From positions 14,251,350-14,315,349 of the forward strand of contig CM082581.2 in NCBI GenBank assembly GCA_040954595.2: 64,000 nt of DNA, read 5' to 3'. Positions 1 to 10,262 of the stretch are shown piece after piece (the stretch's first letter is position 1; each line of letters begins with the position of its first letter). This DNA comes from Balanoglossus misakiensis. Lineage: Eukaryota; Animalia; Hemichordata. A program made the translations under genes and the position numbers. The notes beneath the pieces were generated by a model, which did no database searches, was not told the origin of the DNA, and was given only the letters and a program-made list of their open reading frames with translations.

Positions 1-522
1 AACAAACGGATTTTCAGCGTTCTCGCAAGAGGATTAGGCACGTGTAAACATTGTGGACCCAATCGCTCGCTGCTAAAGCACACGAAAAACTACGATATCT
101 TTCCGATATACAATATTTCAGTCTAAAAACATACATGGGGTACTCACCAGCAAGAGTATCAACGAGTACTTGGTGTCGTGTTATTTAAAAACCTTGTGCC
201 CATTCGTATTTTGACGATTTGCACGCAAAGCATAGCGTCGTCCATCCTCCGTCGTCTGCATGGTCATTTTCCTCACTTCCGCTCCACGATTTCCCATGAA
301 ACCTTGCGCGTTCGCGAACTTCGCTTTGGGTGTATTTCTAATATATTTAATTGAACTTTTGGCGACTAATGTTTCTAGGACTAGGCTGAACAAATATTAC
401 AATTTATCGATGTTTTTTTTGCTACTGTGTAAATCTGTTGCGTATCTAACCCCCTATTTTCAATCAATCAATCAATCAGCACGTTTGCTTTCCTGGATTT
501 GGCAACCATGGTTTTGGACGAT

Positions 523-3500
523 TTAATCGTCGTAGTAGTCGTCATACGGAGAAAAGGACTGACGTTTGTGTTTCCTGTGCTTCTTGCGGTGTTTCTTGTG
601 ACGTCGTTTTCCGTCGTAGTCGTCTGGATGCTCACCGTATGATGGCGCTAAAGGCATCATGTGAGGATCCTTGCTGATGGACGGGCCAGGATATGGCGGC
701 GGGGCATCCTGTGCCCCGGACGTTGGTTTTGCGCCGACAACGACCACCGCTTCTGCTTCAGCTCCGGCGTCATCTCTCCTAAATTTGACAAAAATAAGAG
801 AATGTATTGAAATATTTGACAGCACCAGTTCGTCAGAAAAGTAGTTGCAGGGTTTTGTGGTGCAGTCTGTATTGATCTTTTGATGCGACAAAATTGGCCA
901 ATTCCTTTATTTGAACATCTTTCCAAACTCCCTCTTAGCACCCACATTTAAACCTCATCCTCCTATATGCCTCCTGTCCCTGTCGGGAACTGACTGGGAC
1001 TACAGTAAGTTACTCACCGCTCGTCTGCGCAGTCGCAATCACAATCCCCACAGTCGCAGGTGCACGTTTGACAAACTGCAATACAGAGGGCGACAAAGAT
1101 GGCAAAGCACCCCAACACGGCCGTCAATATGGCTCCCCATATCTTGTAAGGTTCGGTCAGTTTCAGTCCAGTATCTAATGACAAATAAATAACAAAATGA
1201 ACAACATGAATAAGTAAATAATAAATAGTAAAGTGCTTCATTTTGACAATTCACGACTGTCATGCATAATGAAAATGAAAGCAAAGTCGTTTACCTCTTG
1301 TGTCAGGATTGCAAATAGAGAAGGAGCCCTCTACGTTGTACCCAGTGCCGAACTCAACTACTTTCACCGACACTTCCGGATCCGGGTCAAACGCTCTTCC
1401 GTGTCTTTTCGTAATGCTCAAGAATGGCATGGTTTCTTTCCCCTTGCGTACTTCGATCATATCACTCGCATAGATGATGGTAAATGATCGGTATTCGCCA
1501 GCAGAGAGAATACTGGGGGTGTCCGCTTCTACGGATTCTGGCTCCGTGGTTCCGATGTATCTTGTTAGAGTGGACTTCGTGTTCTCGTCGATTCCCAGCT
1601 CGATTTCGAAAAAGTTTGGACTGTCTTCGTCCATTGATTTGAGGCGAATGATGGCGTTCTTGGCTGCCTTGACCTTAACGGTCAAGTAACCTGAATGCAT
1701 CTTATACCCAACCCAGTCGGGCAAGACAACGAAGCGAAAGGTCGTGCCAGATGTGCTTTCGGTGTTATCGTTGAGAGCGTCGCAATTATCTGCGAAAACG
1801 GAAAATAGCAAAAGATCGACCCTAAAGTGTAAGGTTTTGAGACTGGAAATAGAAAGAAGTAGACGTTTCGAAACGAAGAGTTTACAGCTTTTGGTTCTGT
1901 CTAGGCAATAACACCGAAAAGAGTATCACATGTAGAATATTATAAAGAACTCATTCTCAATGATATGACTAATGATTAGTTTATTCTCATGCTTACCTTG
2001 ATTATAAGCTTCGCTGTTCGACGTGTGGACTGTGAAGAAAATAGAGATGAGATAGACAATTATAATATTAGTTTACATTTCCTTTGAAATAAATATTAGC
2101 AACAACATGCGAGGCTATCCATAGCTTCTTTGCGATGGAATAAATCTGATGTAAAAAGCTAGAGATTATACTTGAACCTATTAATCAGAAGAACCAATGC
2201 AAAGTTTGACGTGTCTCTTACCATATACACTGATATCTTTGGATTCCATCGTCTCGGTCTGTCCACCGACAGTGACTTCAGCCGTACAGGTATAGACTGC
2301 AGAGTCCGACGGACGATTTCCGATCAAAGACAGTCCTTGCGTGTCGCTGGATATCATGACATCGGGGACGCCATCATCGTCCAGATCTCTGGCTCCACTT
2401 CCAGAGGAGATGCGCTGGCCACTTTTCTTCCATTCTATGACGCACAGGTCAGGGTCAAGATTCACACACGAACACCAAATGGAGGCGCCAGTATCGTCAA
2501 TGTCCCCAACCAACATATCTTCCGACTTGTCAACTATAGAAGCATAGACATACCGGGTATAGAGTCATTTCGTTATTAAAGTAGCCACCCTTTAAAAGGG
2601 TAATCAACTTTGCCCCTTTAAGTTTGGGGAAAGCTGTGTTCTGCACAGATACACGGCGTGCGCTATTAAAAAGTGCGGCTTACCTTGCACCACAACGATG
2701 TCCACGTGTACAGATTCCGTCGTCTGGTCCTGGTCATCCACACTTTTGCATAACCAGCGATTCGTATCCCAAGGCCCGGCGTTTGTAATGTTTTGCGTGA
2801 GTGTCACCAGGGCTCGTTTCTGTCGTCTTGCCATCCGGGCATTCCGAAAGGATATTCCATCTACCGATCGTTTGTTCTGGGCGTACCTTTGAGGTGTCCA
2901 TTCGTCGTCCGTCTCTAACTTGGGAGTCCTGGTGAGTGATTCTGTTGCTTCACACGACAAGGTGAGGCTCTCTCCTGTTGCTATGATGACAGTTCCGGTG
3001 GGGTCGATTTTCACTGAAACACAGCGATAAAAACACAGATTTAGAATTTGAACACTGCATCCAGCTTCGGATACCCTGAAAACACATCGCAAGCAAAAAC
3101 CACGATCCATGCCTTTCACACAAGATCTATATAGACTAGACAAATTTATGACGTCAAGGTCGGTCATGGGCAGGCGATAATTCAGTTACATACAACCACT
3201 GAGCTGGCGACAATTGGACAATGTGAGTTCATGGCCTGCCGACTTCAATTGAATCAAGGTTCTTAAAGGAGCATACATAATGCACAATTGACTCTTTGTT
3301 ATCCTTTTTGTTTCCCAATAAACATTTCCGAGCTCAGAAAAGTTATATTGTTTATATCTGTAAAATTCCCGTATCAACAAATATGGCCATGGGCCTTTAA
3401 AACCACGGCGTCAGATTGATGAGCCCACTGACCCCATTTTACCCTCCCTTCAATGGTCTGCACTCTTCGGTCAACCGTACTCGCCCAAAGACCGTTCCTT

Positions 3501-4392
3501 TATTCTTTTGTGTCCGTCTAATAAAAGTTGTTTTTATATCCAAGGCTCGCCTAGCTAGACACGGTTGTCGTGGCGACGGGCTTCATTCGCGGACATATTT
3601 TAAGGTGGGCTAATCAGCTCATTGCAAGTGAGGCCTAAATAAGTGATCGGTCGCGTCGCGTCAGGAGCCTTATTTGACCAATATTAATGTTTTAGCGTAG
3701 AATCATTGCAAGTCGTATGATGCTAAACACGGGCACACGGTTTACACATACCCCTCGAAGCCGTTTAACAATTATGTGATTTCAAGTGGGTACGCTAACA
3801 ATGTAAAGGCGGTAGGCAGAGCCTTAACTACCCACGGGCAAGGTTTCTAGGGATATTTCGACCTTACAAGATACAGCGAAAGTTGACCTGACTTAGTGTA
3901 AATATAAGCTTATACTGTTTCTGAGCGCATCCCGGTAAAATTAGTATCTTTTATGATTAATTGAAATAGTTTACAAAACAGCGAAAGATAATTTCCACTT
4001 CGCTTGAAATTTGTGATTTATTGCTATCGGTTCTGCTTGCGGTGGCAACCAACCGTTTCCACAAAGACTGGTCTATGTAGAAAAAAAATAATGTAAAATC
4101 CCTTGCACCTTCCAAACATCCTGGTTGTACAGCGCGGATTTGGTCAAAATGTGTTACCTCACACTTCAACTAGTTTAAAGTTCCATTAAAATAGATGGGA
4201 TTAATTTAAAGTCATCAAATAGGGGGATTTTGAATGATTAGTTGTAGTGGTTTGAATCTTGGACGATTTAATAGAAAAGAATTTTATCGGATGAAAATAA
4301 TGTTGTGAGACGTCCGTGTACTTACCGTATGTCAAGACCGTTGGTGCGCAGCTCCACAGGAATACAGCCCAGAGCCATGCCAGCGACCCCAT
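523..4392 (-). CDS. Uncharacterised type-I membrane protein, ~549 aa: signal peptide, 2 Ig-like domains, FAMeT/Methyltransf_FA-like domain, TM helix, Cys-rich juxtamembrane stretch, PPPY tail
   Basis: Seven exons, all GT-AG with matching phases: 4392-4326 (MGSLAWLWAVFLWSCAPTVLTY), 3013-2684 (Ig1: GESLTLSCEA...DTNRWLC), 2533-2222 (Ig2: IWC..IEWKK..DSAVYTC), 2029-1997, 1789-1295 (VKVKAAKNAIIRL..FEIELG..NTKSTL..TPSILSAGEYRSF..KGKETMPF, FAMeT-like), 1174-1018 (TM plus CQTCTCDCGDCDCDC) and 778-523. Total 1650 nt, open frame. Confidence 0.85.
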
Positions 4393-5383
4393 CTTCACTG
4401 CCGTGTGCTTCAATAGTACTAAGCTGTGTACTATAGTTCGCTGTGCCTTGTTTATTATGACTCTGTATCCTGGGCGTCGTCTGCGAAGGTATTCATGGCC
4501 ACGCTGAAAGTTGTGCTATCGGAACCACCTTCGTGGACCTGCGCCTCCAACGGGCGATTTTTTGGTCACTTCAACAACATGTACATGTACTAGGATGTGT
4601 GTTGAAGCATTCTTGGTTCCGATGACTTACACGTTATCACAACTTGTTCTACTGATGAGGATAATTGCTCGCATTAGAAACTACCTCGTGATCCCAAGAA
4701 ACTTTCTTGTCATCACGGCGACAGGCATCTGACTGACAACAAGTTTCAATGAATGATACCGTACCACAATTGGCCAAAAAGGCTCTTTCTCTCCCTCTCT
4801 CATCACAGCTACGTACTTTACAAAGTGATAGTTGTCTACAGACACTCACCCCAGCACACGTAGTTTAAACAGGAGATGAGAAAGCCTCCAACTTCACGTT
4901 TCTACCATAGAGCCAACGTGACCGAGCGGAGTGTTCGTGAGACACTGAACGTTCAACGTGGCAACGTTCTATAGGAAGTTGGGATATTTTCTTTCAGGGT
5001 AGGCAACACGTGTTATGGACAAATCGGGTTGGATAGTAAACAGATGTTGACAAAACCAATGGACCAATAGATCGGGGTGCACGTGCTTTTGCCGCCTTTG
5101 AATTAATTTAACGATTGTACAGGTGTGCCATGACATACAGTAGCCTTTGATGTAGCCTACAGAAAGTACTTCTCAAATGGGAAAAAAAACATTACCATCG
5201 CATTATCTCTATTTTTGCAATTGATAACTAAATGGGGAGGGGGCGCGATTGATGCTCATTAAAAAGAACTGCAAAAATCTTGATAAAAGCATTAATCTCG
5301 TCGATCCCAGAGTGGCTTGAACATGTTTGGGGCAGGGGACAAACTTTCACGGCAACCTATTGAGGGCAGTATACTATCAACGA

Positions 5384-5393
5384 GCGCATGCGC
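5384..5393. promoter_or_regulatory. NRF1-type motif GCGCATGCGC in the CHMP3 proximal promoter
   Basis: Exact palindromic consensus 37 nt upstream of the CHMP3 ATG. CCAAT boxes (~5056, ~5064) and a CACGTG E-box (~5080) lie further upstream. Confidence 0.5.
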
Positions 5394-5429
5394 AAATTAA
5401 GAACTGGTACTAAGGATTTCAGTAGGAAA

Positions 5430-7685
5430 ATGGGCCTTTTCGGACCAGAAAAAAAGGACCCGAAGGAACAGGTAAATCATTGTAAATATTTAACAGGATG
5501 AAGATGTATAATTACACTGTCTCTTGATGAGAGAGAATTATAGCTGTCTATTGCCAAAATACCAGCGATGATCAGAATTTGTACCTACTTCCTGTATCGT
5601 ACTTTCCAAAACAGTATGCATCGACAACCATATCATGCCTGAGTCAGTGAAGTCTTCGCGATCTGATCAGCAGTGATCTCGACATAACCAGAGAAGACTA
5701 CTGATATATCAAGAGTAATACCACAGTCGGCGATCCCACCTTAGCTGACTGAGTGGGAGGGGGGGGGGGGCGTGATTCAAATCAATATAGATCCGTATGA
5801 TGTGTGTACAGTATCCGGGACTAATGTTATGAAATCAGAATGTTGGTGTATGGTGCAATCTGCCTGATATTAATACTAAGACAATCAGCAATGTGTTTGT
5901 CTGAGCGAAGTTTCGGAGTATGTGTGGTATTTCGAACCATCTGAAGAGACAGACATGTTATACTATAGCATTACCTTCAGTACTTATGTACATGTACCTG
6001 GAATATACTAGTAACTCGACTAACATAGCCCGAACATAGCTCACCTGACGAAATGACTCATTCATATGCTGACTCATTGACACACATTCTTGTGCCTAAA
6101 CCATGAACCTAATACCACTCTGTGTGGTAGATGATTTGTTTGAACCAAAGAACCAAGTGGCTATACTCATGGTCACCAAAGCTAACAACTGCAGCTTTCC
6201 AAAATCCCACAAAAATACACACATTGGTAGTAGATTTCATGATGCTGTCATGTGTTATTTATGGCATAATGTGGTTTGTTTTGCAGGTTAATGAATGGAA
6301 CAGGAAACTTAGGAAAGAACAGAGGGTGATTGACAGGCAAATCAGATGTGAGTAGTTTTTAGACAGATGCTGTGTATATGTGACCATAAGATAGTTTCTC
6401 TGGTCTCTCTATCGCCCAGTTTCTATCACCTTGTATTTCTCTAGCTTGGACTAGATTCTAGTGTCTCTCTGATCCCTGCTATGACACGTGAAGTTTGGTG
6501 TGTGTGCTCTGACATACAGATGTTAAGTTTTTCCTTTCTCCTTTTCACTGACAGCAATTCAAACAGCAGAAAACAAAGTCAAACTTCAAATCAAGCAACA
6601 TGCCAAGAAAGGACAGAAAGATGTATGTCTTGTCCTGGCCAAGGAGGTAGTGCACTCCAAGAAAGCAGTCAAGAGATTGTACGCTTCAAAGGCACAGATC
6701 AATTCAGTGTCTATGCAGATGAAAAACCAACTAGGTAAGTAATACCTGCCTGTCTACTCTCTAGATGTTGTTGTACATTACAGGTTGCATGACACATTAC
6801 ATTACCATTGTGGAATGACATGAACATACGTGTACGTAATACTAAATACCTTGTTCTTCTCAGCCTTGGTGCGCATGAGTGGGGCTTTAGCCAAGAGCAC
6901 AGAAGTGATGAAGGCGATGCAGGCACTTGTGAAGTTACCAGAAATCAGCGCCACTATGAGAGAGTTGTCCAAAGAAATGATGAAGGTAAGAACTCATTAG
7001 AGTACACCTCAAAGTTACTTTTAATTACACTGATTGTTTTCAAATTTCTGCAGTTGATATAACATCCTATGTTAGAATACTTCATTAGCAAAATATCTGA
7101 CTAGGTGTTCCATCATGTTGCAGGCTGGGATCATAGAAGAAATGATGGAAGACACGTTTGAAGGTCTTGAAGACGAAGATGAAATGGAAGAGGCAGCTCA
7201 GGCTGAAGTGGACAAAATACTCTTTGAAGTCACAGCAGGTATGCAACACAATTTATACAGTGCAACAAAAAAGGGGAATCTCTGATGATTAACTATTCAA
7301 CATGTTCAAGATATGACAATAGTATCTGCCATTCCAACTGCTACTAGTTGCTACAACATCAATACATGCACTGGAGGCTTCTGCTCGGATTATGAAGAGC
7401 GCCACCAATAGGCAGCTTTAGTCAAATTTCAAAGTTCTTCAGTAAGCTGAGAAAAATCTAGACACTGGATTTTTAAGTGACAGAGTTTTCATATGCACTG
7501 CCTTTTACGTTTCCTCTCTTTATATGTCCTTCACGTTTTCTCTTTCTATTTCAGGTGCTCTCGGTCAAGCACCCAGTGCAGTTGATGATGAGTTACCAAT
7601 GGCCGAAGGAGCAACAGCAGCAGTAGAAAGTGATGAAGAAGACGTCACAGAGATGCAAGCGCGATTAGAAGCACTGAGAAGTTAA
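5430..7685 (+). CDS. CHMP3: Charged multivesicular body protein 3 (VPS24, ESCRT-III), 216 aa
   Basis: Exons 5430-5471, 6287-6347, 6555-6734, 6864-6985, 7124-7238 and 7555-7685. They encode MGLFG..[124 protein letters not shown], with a C-terminal MIM. Confidence 0.97.
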
Positions 7686-10262
7686 ATTATTTGGTATCTA
7701 TAGGACGTTTTGTAAATACAGATTTTGACAAAAAACAGTCATACTACAATTTACCCCAGATCTGTCGCACAAGAGACAGCCTCATCATTTTTTTCATGCT
7801 ATGTAATTTTATTTGCTAGTTTATTTTAAAGTTTATTAGAATATATTAGTATTTTTTTACAACAAAGTCCCCAACCCTTAATTACAGAAAATCACTTCTC
7901 TTGATCATAGAGTGGATCCTTTTGCCAAGCTATAGGTGCTGGGGTTGTGACAACCACAGCTTGTGAAAGTCGTAGTGAAGAATCTTGCCTGCACAACTTG
8001 GCTACTGTAGGGGGCAAGACATATTAAACCTACAAGCATGTATTGGTCAAATGTAGGGCTTACAAGTGTGATGTAGTGAGGGTCCATCCACTATTAGCGC
8101 CCTCACACAGCAAATGTCGCAATGACCTAAATAATCAGTAGCCATTCACTGTAAATATTTATAAAGACATTCATTTTGATCAATAACATATCTTTTACCA
8201 GGCTTTGTATCGAAGGGTAATCATTTACCATATCTATTAAATTAAATATTACCATCTTTTCATTGTGTTGGTTCAATTTGTTACGAACAATCTGTATGTT
8301 GAGACATCGCCAGAAGGTATTCCAGTATATGTTGAATTTGAAACGGGTCAGCATCTTAAAATAAGACATGCTGAACACAACATTTGAAATAGTTTATTCT
8401 CATTTCAATATATTAAACATTTCTTCCAAAACACTTTAACACAATTTCATATTTACAATCATAAACATGGATATTAGCTACAACAAACCAAAAGATTTGA
8501 TGTGGCCAGCACACTATTTAACATCAACACCAAGTTATACAATATTTACAGTTTTTACACTGTCTCTTAAAATCAGGCAAGATTTTAGAACGGCCATTTT
8601 GAATACGTAAATCAAGTATGACCAATCCATTTAATCAGAGGGGGGACAGTGACTGTTGATTGCACCATTTAAAACTAGATGTGGCCTATAAATGAAGGCT
8701 CGTCACACAAAATGTGTTTGAATGCACAGTAACATTACGTGCAGGACTGTCAGAAAAGACAGTTAAGAGTTTGTTTTTCAAAAACTTCTTTCAGACTGAA
8801 TTACAAATCTGTAGTCGTATGCTATTTTGAATTGTACAGATTTGTAATCGTATGCTATTAAAATTTGAATTATGCAAACCTGTTGTCATCTAGTGTTGCT
8901 AGAATAGTTTGTCTCATATGCAGATGATCTACCTGGAAAATAGAAGTATTTCTGTTTGCATCTTTGCTCATTACAAAGAGAGTTGTCTAGTCATAGAAAA
9001 TATCTGACTGTCGTAGAAATAAGTGAAGAAAATTTCAAATTTGTCAGCGTCTTCTGATTTGACTTCAAATCATGTGTTCGCCATTTATATTGATACATCC
9101 AGTGGCCTTTCATAAAAAAATAAAATCAATCAGACAAGAATCTTGGAACCTCAAAAATGAAATCAGTATTTCTGAAGATTGCAGTCTTTATCAATTTGGA
9201 AGCTTGAGATGAATCAAGATAATTGACAGAATTCCCTGTTATCTCAAGACTTTGTTGTACACAAAGTCATGTATTTCATGTTGCCATGGACCCTGAACAA
9301 AGGAGAATAAATTAAATTTTTGTATTTCTAATGTTCCGAAAGGAAGGGCTGATAATTCTGGAGACTGTCTGACGGATGTCTGGAGCCAGACAACATTATC
9401 ATTTTTTTAGATTAATTAATCAGATTGATTGACTCAGTCGAGTTGACTGGGCATCTAGCTCACACAGTAGCATGACAATAAATTCACTTCTTTTTGAAAT
9501 GAATGTGTTTGTGTAACCATCAATCGTCCGTACTTGACAGACATGTCATTCAATACCAGAAAATTCATTATCAATCAAATGAACTTAGGTAATCTTATCT
9601 AGTCTACAATGAACGGTATTTGGAGAACTTTGATCACCACAGAAGCACCTGCACATCCAAGTCAAGAGACAGGTCTTACTGTTGCAGAATTGAGACTCCT
9701 GGAACATCAGGGATTCTGCGGGCTTTTCCCAGTACTTGGTCTTTATGCAGAGGGAAAAGTTTCAGGAGAAGAAAACCACTAACATACACATTTGAATTAT
9801 GATAGTTTTAACCCTTTCCTCAATTGCTTTTAAAGCTTCCACAATTAATGTTGAGTATATAACCTGGAAATCTGAACAGCATTCATGCAACTTCTTAATT
9901 TAAAAGTTTAAAAAGCAAGAAAAAAATACTTGTCTGCCCAAAGTGTGGGATTATTAAAGCTCTATAAAAGTTACCATTTCCTTTCTAAACGTTTTGTATT
10001 TGTCTTTTTTTACAAAGTTTAAGAATATCCTACAAATTGTATACTTTGACACATAAACCCAAAATTCTCTCATGTAAATTGTTTATCCATGTTCACTTTT
10101 TTAAAGTTAAGGTAAAATTGTTGTACCCGTAAAATCTTTCAATTGCAATTAACAAAATATACCAAACATTTTGTCAGATATCGTGAAGTTTTTTCTTCTG
10201 TTCTTGTGGAGGGATGGAGGGAATTCACAGCCAAGACAAATGTTTCTGAGCTGTGTGTTCGG

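Noticed and set aside
7398-8104. CTCF-like cores (AGCGCCACC / TAGCGCCCTC; also at 45320 and 50316)
   Set aside because: Each has at least two mismatches to the full consensus, so they cannot be distinguished from background.
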